64,000 nt of DNA from Leptospiraceae bacterium (GTDB taxonomy: Bacteria; Spirochaetota; Leptospiria; Leptospirales; Leptonemataceae), in NCBI GenBank assembly GCA_040217195.1, contig JAVJNR010000003.1, positions 384,001 to 448,000 on the forward strand. The letters run 5' to 3'. The translations under genes and the position numbers were made by a program. Shown here one piece after another: positions 41,229 through 52,026 of the stretch. Position 1 is the first letter of the stretch. Each line of letters begins with the position of its first letter. The notes beneath the pieces were generated by a model. It made no database searches, had not been told where the DNA came from, and worked only from the letters and a program-made list of their open reading frames with translations.

Positions 41229-43622
41229 ATGCGTCCTCTCTCAATGTTTGTCCGATTTTCGGTTTTCATAGCCTTTCTGGCATTCTTACTGGCTTTGCCT
41301 TTTTGCCAGCAGCAGCTAGTGGACGGAGTCAGCCACGATGCCACCATCGAGCCTGGCCAGGACGGGCCGGTCACATTGGCCATTCTTCCCTTTTCATCGG
41401 AGGAAAATTCCGCCGAGCTGCAAAGATTTTCTCTGGGACTAACGTCTCTAACCAGATCTTATCTGATTGGCTATGAAAAGTTGCAGGTTATTGATCCTTT
41501 GGGAATCCACCTGAGCCTGGATCAGGAAAAATATCTGCAAAGAGTTCGCCAGCTGGGAGCCAGGTTCATTCTTACGGGGAAATTAGCCAGGGAAAATGGT
41601 CGTTATTCAATTGTCGTAGAATTAAGGGATTTACGTTCGAACCGTTCCGCAACTTCCGATGAAATAATAGCTCCAGCCAGCGTGCTGGGCACTTTACCTT
41701 ACGACATTACTCTAAGAATGGATGAACTGGCACTGGAGATGGACCTGCGAAACGGTGATTCTCCCTGGATTTCGCGCCGAGAACGGGATCAGTCCGATCG
41801 ACGTTTCAAACCATCCATCGATGCATTCCAGGATTTCTCTCAGGGAGCCTACAGAGAATTGTTCAGCGCCGGCCAGGCCATCCATTACTACAATCGAGCC
41901 CTTTCCATAGAACCTTATTTCCGCGAGGCAAGAGACAGAGTATTTAGATTACAAAACCTTTCGAATGCACAAAGAGCAGCAGGATTTCGCCAGACTACAA
42001 GCCACGCCCTGGTGCTCATGCGCCGAAACCAGGTGGATCCCATGGTAGTGGCTTTGACCTATCAGGATTTTGGAAGAAAGGCACTGAGCAGGGATCGCAC
42101 CCTGGCCAGTAAATGGTTTCAGGAGTCCAATCGCTGGCTATATCTTGAAGGCAGATACAAGTCCTCCTATTACGCAGATAATCAAAACACAATTGGTAGC
42201 GTCTATCTGTATCAATTTAAAGCCAACGAGGCCTACACTCGATTTCAAAGCGCCTATCAGCTACAGAGAGACCTGGGCCTGGACCAATCCCTGTCCGGTC
42301 TGGAAAGCCATATGAACCTTGCCTGTGTTTATGCCATGCGAAAGGAGCATCCCAAGTCTTTGCAGCATCTGGCGGCGGCCCAGCGCCTTGCCCGGGATCT
42401 GAATCCTGGCCCGGCCATTCTGGCCATTATGCATTACAACGAAGGAGTCATCCATTATTCGAGAGGTATCTACCCCAGGGCCATTGAAAGTTCAAGGAAA
42501 GCACGAGACTTTCTCATTGAAGCGAATATGGCCAATAGTCCCCTGCATCTGTCAGTACTACTCAATATTAATGCATCTCTGCTCTACCAGAGACGGTATG
42601 ACGATGCACTTAGAATCTCAGATGCGATTGCCGTTCGAGCTCGCTCCATTGGAGAAACTAACTATCCACCCTATCGGTATGCTCTGCACAATACCGCCTT
42701 CGCATTGCAGAAACTGGGACGAAGCCTGGAGGCTGCTCAGGCTCTTCGACTGGCAAACTATTCCGGGTACGGACCGGGACGTCCACTTTATGAAACATTT
42801 CTTTCGATCCATGAGGTCCCGGAAGGTTCCACATTGTTCAATACATCTTCGGAGGAATCGCAGGTGGCCTCCTATACTGGTGCATTTAACATGCAATACC
42901 ACCAGCAAAGTGTTCGCTCAAGAACCTATCCAGGCAGGCAGGATGATACGAATATTCTTCTGAGGGACATACTGTATCCGCGGAAGAAAGATCCGGGGTT
43001 GCAGTATCTTAGAGATCACTGGCTGGAAGGTAAATCCGATTTAGAGGGAGACGGTATACTTTTCATCGATGTGGGTCCGGGGCTGGCCAATGTTCGCTGG
43101 CCGGCAGTGACTACTCAATCCATGGCCAGGGATTTTAGAAGGATGGATGTTGTGGCCCTGGATCTGCCAGAACAGGTGCGTCTGTTTCAAACCCAGGTGC
43201 CCTCGTACAAAAAGAATGAGCTGCTGGCTCATTCCAATCTTCGCATTGTGGGAGCGGACGGAAGGGACTCTTTAATAACGGTCTTTTCAGATGCAAAGCG
43301 ATGGCCAATCAGGGATCGGGGACCGGTGGAATTGCAGTCCGGCCGGCCTGTAATGATTCGAATGGCAAACTCCATCGATATTTATTTGAAATGGTATGAG
43401 ATGGAAGATGTACTTCATCAGCTGGCAGAGGATCTAGAAGACAACCCATTGCTTATCTGCTTCAATCGCAGTATTCTGCTCAAGAAGGCCGGAAGCACAG
43501 ATTTTGAAGTTGTGGGATACGTATCCATCCGCGGATTTCATCATAATCTGGAACTTCTGGACCGGGGTGGTGAGCCCCCGTACACACTCATAGATAATTC
43601 GTCGCTGAGCTTTTTGGACTGA
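41229..43622 (+). CDS. Exported TPR protein with TolB-N/CsgG-like N-domain and C-terminal SAM-methyltransferase-like domain
   Basis: Signal/lipobox LPFC; LAILPF...LGARFILTG; multiple TPR helices; IDVGPG and VVALD motifs. Confidence 0.7.
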   Translation: MRPLSMFVRFSVFIAFLAFLLALPFCQQQLVDGVSHDATIEPGQDGPVTLAILPFSSEENSAELQRFSLGLTSLTRSYLIGYEKLQVIDPLGIHLSLDQEKYLQRVRQLGARFILTGKLARENGRYSIVVELRDLRSNRSATSDEIIAPASVLGTLPYDITLRMDELALEMDLRNGDSPWISRRERDQSDRRFKPSIDAFQDFSQGAYRELFSAGQAIHYYNRALSIEPYFREARDRVFRLQNLSNAQRAAGFRQTTSHALVLMRRNQVDPMVVALTYQDFGRKALSRDRTLASKWFQESNRWLYLEGRYKSSYYADNQNTIGSVYLYQFKANEAYTRFQSAYQLQRDLGLDQSLSGLESHMNLACVYAMRKEHPKSLQHLAAAQRLARDLNPGPAILAIMHYNEGVIHYSRGIYPRAIESSRKARDFLIEANMANSPLHLSVLLNINASLLYQRRYDDALRISDAIAVRARSIGETNYPPYRYALHNTAFALQKLGRSLEAAQALRLANYSGYGPGRPLYETFLSIHEVPEGSTLFNTSSEESQVASYTGAFNMQYHQQSVRSRTYPGRQDDTNILLRDILYPRKKDPGLQYLRDHWLEGKSDLEGDGILFIDVGPGLANVRWPAVTTQSMARDFRRMDVVALDLPEQVRLFQTQVPSYKKNELLAHSNLRIVGADGRDSLITVFSDAKRWPIRDRGPVELQSGRPVMIRMANSIDIYLKWYEMEDVLHQLAEDLEDNPLLICFNRSILLKKAGSTDFEVVGYVSIRGFHHNLELLDRGGEPPYTLIDNSSLSFLD

Positions 43623-43790
43623 ATCCGACTGGAATCAGTATTTCAGCATAATGAAGAAAAGCCCTCTAGTGAGCGAATTCGAAAATGACACGGAAGGCAG
43701 GGATTCAAAAAAACTGGCAATGCCGAGAACGCGCCTCCAGGACCTGGAGGCCTGGTGAGCCCTTCCTTTTGACAGAAATAAACTCTGAAC

Positions 43791-44192
43791 CTATTTGGAC
43801 TGAAATAGAGGCTTGTATTTTTCCCTGTTCACATAGGCAAGTAGTAGATTCACAGCCAGCAAGAATACTGCAAGTATCAGCCCATCCGGGTAAACGAAAA
43901 CATGATACAGAAAGATATTCAAGGTAATCGGAAAGATCATTACCGTGCTCAGTGCAACGTATCGACCTGAAATCAAAGACAGACCACAAACCAGTTCAGT
44001 GATCTTGATCAAATACAGAAGGTACCCGGTGGCTTCCATACCATCCTGAAATGTCTGTACCCTGGCAGGCAAATCGGCCGGCGGTTCTACGATGTCCAGA
44101 AGCACCACGATAGCAGAGGCCACATAGATAAGCCCCATGATGCTACGCAGAACTATTACAGTGATTTTTAAAGCTTTACTCTGAGTTTCCAT
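43791..44192 (-). CDS. DoxX-family membrane protein
   Basis: LR..MG..Y, TGYL..LIKITELVCG, PITLNIFLYH, YKPLF. Confidence 0.85.
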   Translation of the reverse strand: METQSKALKITVIVLRSIMGLIYVASAIVVLLDIVEPPADLPARVQTFQDGMEATGYLLYLIKITELVCGLSLISGRYVALSTVMIFPITLNIFLYHVFVYPDGLILAVFLLAVNLLLAYVNREKYKPLFQSK

Positions 44193-44257
44193 ATTCCCTC
44201 GCAACTTTACCGGTCCGCCATGGGCTCACTCTTTCATTCTATGAGACCAATGGCTTA

Positions 44258-45187
44258 TCAACGCTCTTTATGATACATCCTCAGAGCCAGTGGAGCGAAA
44301 ATGGCCGTCAGGCCTGCGCTGTAAGCGAATACTCCAATGATGGCCATTCCGGCTGGCTCTCCATGCATTAGACTTCTGGACGCTGTGGCCAGGTACGTCA
44401 CCGGACTGTGACGTACCACAGCCTGGAGCCAATCAGGCATGGTGCCAAGCTCCACAAAAATATTACTTGCGAAGGTAAGAGGCATCAAAAAGACAAAGCT
44501 GGTAGTCATCACAGATTCCGGAGTTTGAACTTTCATTCCAAATATCATCCATATCCAGGAGAGGGATGATGCAAACAATAGAACCAGAAGCAAGGCAAGA
44601 GTTACCCCCAGAACCCCTCCTTCCGGGCGAAACCCCAGAATCAATCCTATAGCGAGGATTACCAGCGAAGCCACGGTATATCGCACCAGGTCTCCTGCCA
44701 TGGCGCCCACAATAGGCGAAGGTTGCCACATGGGCAGCGAGCGAAACCGATCAAAAAGTCCCTTTTGAATGTCCGTATTCAATCCTACGCCGGTGTATAC
44801 GGTAATAAACACTACAGTTTGAACCAGAATCCCTGGAATCAAGAACTGAATATACTGTTCTGGCGTTCCTGCCAGGGCACCGCCAAAAATATACGTAAAC
44901 AATAACGTAAACATGACAGGCATGATTGTAACATCAAACATCTGAAACGGAACATGTTTAATCTTGAGCATGGCTCGCCAGGCCAGAGTCAATGTAGCTC
45001 CCAGACCAGAAACTTCAGCAGGTCTTCGCTCCTGGCTGAACACTCCTTTCAGAGCAGCGTTAGGTCCTTCCTGGGTGGACTTTCCGTTTTGATGCATACT
45101 TGCGGATGCAGAACTGGACTTCTGAGACCTGCCATCCCTGGTTGAACTCTTTTTCGCTCGACTCTTTTTAGTTACCGCTGAACTCAT
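44258..45187 (-). CDS. ABC-2 permease (DrrB-like)
   Basis: QFLIPG, GLFDRFRSLP, FASNIFV..TMPDWLQ; six TMs. Confidence 0.92.
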   Translation of the reverse strand: MSSAVTKKSRAKKSSTRDGRSQKSSSASASMHQNGKSTQEGPNAALKGVFSQERRPAEVSGLGATLTLAWRAMLKIKHVPFQMFDVTIMPVMFTLLFTYIFGGALAGTPEQYIQFLIPGILVQTVVFITVYTGVGLNTDIQKGLFDRFRSLPMWQPSPIVGAMAGDLVRYTVASLVILAIGLILGFRPEGGVLGVTLALLLVLLFASSLSWIWMIFGMKVQTPESVMTTSFVFLMPLTFASNIFVELGTMPDWLQAVVRHSPVTYLATASRSLMHGEPAGMAIIGVFAYSAGLTAIFAPLALRMYHKER

Positions 45188-46167
45188 TTCTGTTCTCCCT
45201 GGGCTACTGTTTCGGGCTCCGGCGCATGTCCTGTTAATGCAAAAAAGACTTCATCCATGCTGGGCTGCGCCACGGAGAATTCGGACATACGAAGCCCTTT
45301 GCTGGACAGAGCATGAAAGACTCTGGAGATTTGCGCATCCTTTTCAATGGAAGCGGTAAGACTGAATGCATCTGACCCGGGATGCACCGGTAGTTTCAGT
45401 CTCTTCAATTCTGTAGTGGTTTTTTTCGCATCCGAAGCAGAATAAAGACGTATATGTAGTAGATTGGCTCCTACCTGGGATTTCAAATCCTGGCCGGTGC
45501 CTTCTGCAATCACCTTTCCATTATCTATGACTGCCAGTCGCTGGGCCAATCGATCCGCTTCTTCCATGTACTGAGTGGTCAGAAGCACGGTAGCCCCCTG
45601 TCGGGCAATGGCGCGAACTATGTCCCAGACCTGGTTGCGGCTTCTTGGATCCAGGCCAGTGGTAGGTTCATCCAGAAATACCACATCGGAATGTACCACG
45701 AGACCGGCGGCCACATCCAGACGTCTTCGCATACCGCCAGAGTAGGTGCGCACAAGTTTGTTTCCCGAAGAGGCAAGATCAAATGCCTCCAGAAGCTCCC
45801 GGGCCCTGGCTCTGGCTCCCTTCCAGTTGAAACCGTAAAGTCTGCCTATGAGAATCAGGTTTTCAATTCCAGTCAAATCCTCATCCACCGATGCATACTG
45901 GCCGGTAAGGGAAATCCTTCTTCTCACTTCGTCGGGCTGTTTCAACACATCGTATCCCATTACCAGGGCCTGCCCCTGGTCGGGCTTTAAGAGGGTGGTT
46001 AAGACACCAACCGTTGTAGTTTTTCCTGCACCGTTGGGCCCCAGAAGTCCGTATACAGTACCGGCTTCAATGCTCAGATCAATTCCGCTGAGAGCCCAGT
46101 GAGCGCCATACCGCTTCTTGATTCCTCTGGTTTCTATGGCCTTCATCTCTGATTTAACTCCCATCAA
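45184..46167 (-). CDS. ABC exporter ATP-binding protein (DrrA-like)
   Basis: GPNGAGKT, YSGGMRRRLD, FLDEPTTGLDP, LTTQY. Confidence 0.95.
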   Translation of the reverse strand: MMGVKSEMKAIETRGIKKRYGAHWALSGIDLSIEAGTVYGLLGPNGAGKTTTVGVLTTLLKPDQGQALVMGYDVLKQPDEVRRRISLTGQYASVDEDLTGIENLILIGRLYGFNWKGARARARELLEAFDLASSGNKLVRTYSGGMRRRLDVAAGLVVHSDVVFLDEPTTGLDPRSRNQVWDIVRAIARQGATVLLTTQYMEEADRLAQRLAVIDNGKVIAEGTGQDLKSQVGANLLHIRLYSASDAKKTTTELKRLKLPVHPGSDAFSLTASIEKDAQISRVFHALSSKGLRMSEFSVAQPSMDEVFFALTGHAPEPETVAQGEQK

Positions 46168-46242
46168 AATTCACAAACAGAATATCGCTGCGCAATGCAT
46201 ACCGATCCGGAACTATTCCTTTCGGCGAAAATAGGTAATCGG

Positions 46243-46854
46243 TTACAAACTCTGCTCAAAAGCTTGCTCCAGCGGAGCGAATGTGCTTCGCGGCTCTTCC
46301 ACTGGCATAATGAACTGTATCTTCTCCATATTGTCCGGATCTCCATACACTTCGAAAGCCACGGAAGTCTGGACGTTGCCTTCTTCCATAACCTTTTGAA
46401 ATTCGGGATACACCTTTATGGGCCCCAGCATAAACGATAACATGTTCCGGTAAGGAAATTCGCCATAGATGGATTCCATGGCTGGAAACTCAAATACAGA
46501 GAATTTCTGAGACAGAGTTTCCTGCTGCGCCGCATCCAGCTGGTCTATCCTGCATCCCAGGATGGATCGAAGCTCTTCTGGAGGCGTATCAGGCGGATCC
46601 AGGTATACAGCCAGGCTTTCGCAAGTCTGCAGCCCGGCATCCTTCCATCGATTTTCGAATTTTTCCCAGCTGGCGCCCAGATCTTCGTAAGGCCCTCTAT
46701 GTGTAGCATAGATAATTGTATGTGGACCAAATTTAGTTCTGGAAACAGTTACTTCTTGGAATCCGCCCATGTAGCCGTAGAATCCCAAAAAAGCAAGGAC
46801 CAGGGCCAGAAAACCAATACCCAGACCTTTCCAGAGAGTACCCTTGTTTTGCAT
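46243..46854 (-). CDS. Membrane-anchored GyrI-like small-molecule-binding protein
   Basis: N-term TM, HRGPYEDL, VYLDPP, GPIKVYP, FEVY. Confidence 0.8.
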   Translation of the reverse strand: MQNKGTLWKGLGIGFLALVLAFLGFYGYMGGFQEVTVSRTKFGPHTIIYATHRGPYEDLGASWEKFENRWKDAGLQTCESLAVYLDPPDTPPEELRSILGCRIDQLDAAQQETLSQKFSVFEFPAMESIYGEFPYRNMLSFMLGPIKVYPEFQKVMEEGNVQTSVAFEVYGDPDNMEKIQFIMPVEEPRSTFAPLEQAFEQSL

Positions 46855-47019
46855 ACCACACCTCCAGCGTAGCGCTTCGCAGCATCTATGTACCTTGATG
46901 CATATCGCACTCTTCGATGCAATCTATTATTCGGTCACTATAGGATTTATTGGAAAGAGCAGCAGATACAGTCCTTCGCAGGTCCGGCCTTATAAACTAC
47001 TTTCAAGCTATAGCCGTGA

Positions 47020-47679
47020 TTATTCAAGTTTCATCAGCGAAATTCCATCCAATGTTACCGAGGGCTGGCCATCCTTCCTATCCAGCCTTAACTCGAGTTT
47101 CTTTTGCCGATCTGCTTCCAGGTAGCAATGAACGATTTTCCGCACAGGATTGTGAATATACCAGAAGGATGCTTCGCACACAGTAGACTCTAAATCTCTG
47201 GCAGTACGCATCTGAATATGTAAGGCTAGAAACTCATCATCCTCTGCCGTGGTCTCACCTTTCTGGATTCGGTTCTCAAAGAACCGAATGTACATTGAGC
47301 TGCCAGCTGAAGGTAATGTGATAGAATGCCTTGCGCTGTGCAGGAAATAACCATCCGACATGAATAGAGGACGTAATCCGGCGGGATTCTTTTCCGCATC
47401 AAAGAAAGGACCGAGGATGGATGCTGCCACAAGTTCTGACCGGTCATAGGCCAGAACTCTAACTCTCCAGCCCCGAAATTGCCGGGAAGGCATGGCATCT
47501 GATCGTAACGTCAAATCCAAAGTTACATCGTTCTGCTCGCTTAGCTGCGGATGACGTCCAACAGGACCAAAGGAGGAGGAGCGAGTACTACACTGGCAAA
47601 TCGTTACAAATAGAATAGCCAGCCCCGCCACCAGAGGTCGTTTAAGCACAGAGATTAAGATTCTACTGAATGGTCGCAT
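47020..47679 (-). CDS. Hypothetical lipoprotein
   Basis: Hydrophobic segment ending ICQC if started at ATG 47679; start uncertain. Confidence 0.55.
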   Translation of the reverse strand: MRPFSRILISVLKRPLVAGLAILFVTICQCSTRSSSFGPVGRHPQLSEQNDVTLDLTLRSDAMPSRQFRGWRVRVLAYDRSELVAASILGPFFDAEKNPAGLRPLFMSDGYFLHSARHSITLPSAGSSMYIRFFENRIQKGETTAEDDEFLALHIQMRTARDLESTVCEASFWYIHNPVRKIVHCYLEADRQKKLELRLDRKDGQPSVTLDGISLMKLE

Positions 47680-47821
47680 GGGGCTGCGCGCTCGGAACCC
47701 GAGCCTCCCGGAAATAAAAGATCGATTGGAAATCCCTGGAAAAGCTGATCCTGAGTCCTGACTTCCATCCAAACAATCCTTACCGGTATTCGATCTGAAT
47801 TCCTTGCTATGATTTGATCTT

Positions 47822-48589
47822 TTACTTTTGGCCGTCATAGTCGGACTCCACCCGAGTATCCATGGAACATCCACCTGGTTCCAATTGCAGAGCGGCCTGC
47901 CCGGATACGTCCCTCTGAAGCCAGGACCAGAACGATTCATGGATGGCTTTTACGGCCAGGTCTTCCTGTGCATTTCTGGGCCGCAATTGAAGACGCAACG
48001 ATTGATAGAAATCAGGATTAAGCAACAATTCATAGGTTAGGCGGCCCGAGGTAATGTACATCTCTGGGCTGGCAGGTTGTCTGGACTCTCTGTCCAGCTT
48101 CAATAGCATAGCCATCTCTGCCTCGGGATGGGACCAGACAGGCTCTTTTATTTCACGGCCCAGAATAATGTACAGGTATTGTCCCTCCCTGGCATGAATT
48201 CGAAAGCCAGAGTCTTTCTGCACTGGCGCCAGACCGGATTGAATTGGAAGACTCCAGACTGTTTTTCCAAAGTCCATTCCAGTCACACCGATCCAGGCCA
48301 GAAATGGACCTAATTGTTCCTGCTCGGGAATCGGTCTATTGTTGAACAATCCATATTGATACCAGTACGCAGCTCCACTGGACTGCAGGCAAATCTGCAG
48401 AACGAAAGTGGATTCCGGGTTCAATGGACCTGCCAGGCGACAATGAGGAAGCACCAGAGTACATAGAATAGAAACCAGACCCAGAGATTTTCTTATGTGA
48501 TGCCACACCAATCCAGCATGATGCCTGCTCCGTTGCAAGCAACGCAAATACAATGTCCCGGGATTAATGCAATAGAAATATAGCCGCAT
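47822..48589 (-). CDS. Hypothetical exported protein
   Basis: 255-aa ORF with hydrophobic segment ending PHC; start uncertain. Confidence 0.55.
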   Translation of the reverse strand: MRLYFYCINPGTLYLRCLQRSRHHAGLVWHHIRKSLGLVSILCTLVLPHCRLAGPLNPESTFVLQICLQSSGAAYWYQYGLFNNRPIPEQEQLGPFLAWIGVTGMDFGKTVWSLPIQSGLAPVQKDSGFRIHAREGQYLYIILGREIKEPVWSHPEAEMAMLLKLDRESRQPASPEMYITSGRLTYELLLNPDFYQSLRLQLRPRNAQEDLAVKAIHESFWSWLQRDVSGQAALQLEPGGCSMDTRVESDYDGQK

Positions 48590-48717
48590 TATAAGATCCT
48601 AAAAAACTAATACGATGGTATGAGGTGAAGAAAATAAAATGCAATAAATCCGGGTATCAGTGGTTCTATACCCGCGGCCACCATGGTTCGGTCGTCCAAT
48701 ATAATAGCTGATTGAGT

Positions 48718-49053
48718 ATGATTCATCCCGGGGCCGACATAAATACCATTGCAGATTTCTTCAATGATCTGGTAAACCACTCCGATGAGAGAGGGTTACA
48801 GGCAGCACATGAGGTGATTCGTAGCCGAGTAAACGATCGACATTTGCAACAGGGATTAACCCTGGCAGCAGATGGAAATCACCCAAGCATTGTAAGTCGT
48901 TACTTGAGCGAAACACTTCCCCATAACTGGGATAAAGATATGGTCCATCGCATTCGGGATGCCGTGGAAATGTGGCAATCAGGAAAGACCGCTGAGCAAA
49001 TCTTGGAATGCTTTGGTCAGAATTACTCTGTATCGCAGCGATACATCGGATAG
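48718..49053 (+). CDS. Small soluble protein resembling the MotA cytoplasmic domain
   Basis: ERGLQAAHE...DRHLQQGLTLAADGNHP and AVEMWQSGKTAEQI parallel MotA motifs REGLLALE..DPFL..GL..VDG.DP and G...IQ.G..P..I; no TM. Confidence 0.6.
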   Translation: MIHPGADINTIADFFNDLVNHSDERGLQAAHEVIRSRVNDRHLQQGLTLAADGNHPSIVSRYLSETLPHNWDKDMVHRIRDAVEMWQSGKTAEQILECFGQNYSVSQRYIG

Positions 49054-49058
49054 CATTA

Positions 49059-51014
49059 TCAGGTGGCGGTCTGAAGTTTCTTATATAGAGATCTAAATTC
49101 TTCGTTTGGTATTTTACCCTCTGCATCCTCGCAGAGACCCGGCTGGATTCTGTTCAAAAAATACATGTCCAGTTCGCCTTTGTTTTTGGCAGCCACTTTG
49201 CCTCTATACTCGCATTCGAAGAATTCCTTCACCAGGTTATGAGTGGCCCCAGAGATATTGATTCGATTTGCATCGCTACTGGATTCCATTCTGCTTGCAA
49301 TGTTTACTGCATCGCCCCAGATGTCATAGGCAAACTTGGCCTTTCCGATAACACCTGCTGTAACCGGGCCCGTATGCACTCCAATGCGTAACCGCCAGAA
49401 GGAATGACCCATTTGATCCTTGATTTCCTGAAGACCTTCCATAAAAGTTAGAAGCTCCAGAGCCGTCAAACAGGCATCCACCGGATGAGTATGATTCAAT
49501 ATTGGCAGTCCGCCGGCGGCCATATAGGCATCACCAATGGTTTTTAATTTCTCCAGACCATTTCTTCTGCAGATTTCATCGAATTGAGAGAAACAACCAT
49601 CCAGTTCACGAATCAATTCCCAGGGAGACATGCTTTCTGCGATACCAGTAAATCCTACAAAGTCCGTAAATAGAACAGATACAGATCCAATACTTGCTGG
49701 AGTTACGGAGCCTTTTTGCTTTAGTTCCGTGGCCACCTGCTCCGGCAGGATGCTCAATAACAGACTTTCGGCCCGGGCTCTTTCCTGCTTCACTTGCTCG
49801 TAGAGGGAAGAATTATATACAGCGCCGGCAATCTGGTTACAGAATCTACCTATGGAATCCAGCTCTTCCCGGGACAGCTGCATTCTCTTGCGAACACTGG
49901 TAAAACAGGCTATGCCGATAGTTTCTCCTCGAATGATTAATGGAACCATCAGGAATGCTTTTAGATCCAGCGCATCATAGAAAAGCCGATCCACCCTGGA
50001 GTGAATGTCCACCTCAGGAATGCGAGAAAGATATAGCCTTCTCTTTTCTGCGTACACTTTCCATAGAGTGCCGGCATCCGGAGAAAGAGGTGTTCGAAGC
50101 GATTTCAACTCCTCCAGATGTTCGCCCATCACTTGCTGTAAACTCTGGGAAAGATGCGATACAACAAACTCCCCGTTATCGAAGTTTGCCAGGATCAGCA
50201 TGGTTCCATCAATATCAAAGTTCTCATCGATGAAACCGAATACTTCGCGAACAATTTCATCCAGTTCGGAAAGTGCATTAATCTTTAGCGTAAACTCGTT
50301 TAATTTCTGAATTTCCTGCCTGGACTCCTCCAGATCCCGGGTCCTTTCTTCTACTCGGATTTCCAGAAAATCTCTAGCTTTTCGCAAATCGTCAAAAGCT
50401 CGAGCGTTGACCAGGGATATACCGGCCAGAGATGCAAAGGCAGCCAGCAACTGAACGTCCGTTTCTGCAAACCGATCTCCATCCAGCTTATTCAAAACTT
50501 GAATGGTTCCTATAATTGCACCGGACTGATCATGGATGGGCATGCAGAGTATAGATCTGGTTCTGTATCCGGTGCGCAGATCATAATCGCGACTGAAGCG
50601 ATCGTCCTGGTAGGCATCAATGATGTTCACCGTTTCACCGGTGGTAGCCACAAAACCTGAAATTCCTTCGGATAACTTGATCCTGATCTCATCGCTGCCC
50701 TGGGCCACTCTGGACCAGAGCTCCTGACTATCCTTATCTATTAAAAACAGAGTTGATCTATCTGCATGCATCACCTCTGTAACGGTGTTCATAATAACGC
50801 CCAGCAAAGCATCCAGATCCAGCTCTGCCATGATACTTTGAGTTGCTCCCACCAGGCGGGATAAATTAGAACTTTCCGATACGAGCTGCTGGAGCACAGA
50901 AGATCGAATGGTCATTCGGCCGCCTGCATCTCTTTGCAGTAGCTCCGGTAGAGCCGTAGTTATGCTTCCAGATTTGTTTAACATGGGAACCTTGAAACAG
51001 ACGATTGCGTCCAA
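49059..51014 (-). CDS. GAF-GAF class III adenylate cyclase
   Basis: GAF DAYQDDRF..YRTRSILCMPI..NK; cyclase LFTDFVGFT, KTIGDAYM, YDIWGDAVNIASRME; start uncertain. Confidence 0.92.
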   Translation of the reverse strand: MDAIVCFKVPMLNKSGSITTALPELLQRDAGGRMTIRSSVLQQLVSESSNLSRLVGATQSIMAELDLDALLGVIMNTVTEVMHADRSTLFLIDKDSQELWSRVAQGSDEIRIKLSEGISGFVATTGETVNIIDAYQDDRFSRDYDLRTGYRTRSILCMPIHDQSGAIIGTIQVLNKLDGDRFAETDVQLLAAFASLAGISLVNARAFDDLRKARDFLEIRVEERTRDLEESRQEIQKLNEFTLKINALSELDEIVREVFGFIDENFDIDGTMLILANFDNGEFVVSHLSQSLQQVMGEHLEELKSLRTPLSPDAGTLWKVYAEKRRLYLSRIPEVDIHSRVDRLFYDALDLKAFLMVPLIIRGETIGIACFTSVRKRMQLSREELDSIGRFCNQIAGAVYNSSLYEQVKQERARAESLLLSILPEQVATELKQKGSVTPASIGSVSVLFTDFVGFTGIAESMSPWELIRELDGCFSQFDEICRRNGLEKLKTIGDAYMAAGGLPILNHTHPVDACLTALELLTFMEGLQEIKDQMGHSFWRLRIGVHTGPVTAGVIGKAKFAYDIWGDAVNIASRMESSSDANRINISGATHNLVKEFFECEYRGKVAAKNKGELDMYFLNRIQPGLCEDAEGKIPNEEFRSLYKKLQTAT

Positions 51015-51129
51015 TCGCTATGCATAGTATCGACATATGGGACGGGAATTCATAGAACTTCCCTCCCGTTTGGCTACTCAGGCCCGCAATTGGGCTTGTA
51101 ATGCAAATCAAGAAATGTAGAAGAAGAGA

Positions 51130-52026
51130 ATGAAACATCCGCAAAAGATATGGAAAGCACTACCGGTCTTTCTGTCACTGATCCTTGTATCAGGCTTTGA
51201 AAGTCTGAAAGCAGATATCATCCTTGGAGCCAGTGGCTCTTACAACGCGCTCACAGCCAGCCAGGAATACGGTGGATATAGCAAGGGCTTAAATACATTT
51301 GACGATGCTCAGACCGTGCATTCAGGCTCTGCCTCCTTCTTTGTGCAATCTTCTCCGGAGCCATTAATTCCCCATGTTTATTATTCCCCGTACTTCGATC
51401 TATCAACCCTACAACTGAGCACCTCGGATGCATATCTTCAAGCCACCACCGGCGAGGTGGGTATTGGGCTGTACCTTGCTACAGGAAATTTGTATCGCGG
51501 TAAAGTGGGATTCTTTCTGGGAATCGTGGCGGCTGGTCGTGTTTCTTCCCTGGAGGGCCAATTTAATTTTGGACGAAACACTCTATATGAAACCTACCTC
51601 AATACTGGTGAACCCGGCGGCCTGGACCATATTGATGTGCTGAACTATTCCAGAGATCAGGATGGAAATCTAAATCAAGAGCGAAAGGATAGGTACCTGC
51701 TGTTCAAAGCAGGAGTTCTTTCCAGAGAGAATTACATAATCACTGATATACTGCTTAATAGAAATGTGGACTTCAGAAGCCTGGGGGTCCTGGCCCTGCT
51801 GGGAAATGATCTAAACGATATCCATAAATTATACATGCTGGACAATGAGGCATCGGAAAAAAGCGACACCTTCTACGGTGCTGCTCCCATTATTGAGCTA
51901 GGGTATATGGGCGATCATTTTCTGATCAAATACAAAGCCGGCCTGCCCATGAGATATCGCACAGCGAAAGGGGCCATGTCCATAGAAACCCATTCATTGA
52001 CCCTGGGAGTCTTTTTTCAAATCTGA
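51130..52026 (+). CDS. Hypothetical exported protein, possibly outer-membrane beta-barrel
   Basis: Signal peptide; alternating beta strands; C-terminal LTLGVFFQI. Confidence 0.65.
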   Translation: MKHPQKIWKALPVFLSLILVSGFESLKADIILGASGSYNALTASQEYGGYSKGLNTFDDAQTVHSGSASFFVQSSPEPLIPHVYYSPYFDLSTLQLSTSDAYLQATTGEVGIGLYLATGNLYRGKVGFFLGIVAAGRVSSLEGQFNFGRNTLYETYLNTGEPGGLDHIDVLNYSRDQDGNLNQERKDRYLLFKAGVLSRENYIITDILLNRNVDFRSLGVLALLGNDLNDIHKLYMLDNEASEKSDTFYGAAPIIELGYMGDHFLIKYKAGLPMRYRTAKGAMSIETHSLTLGVFFQI

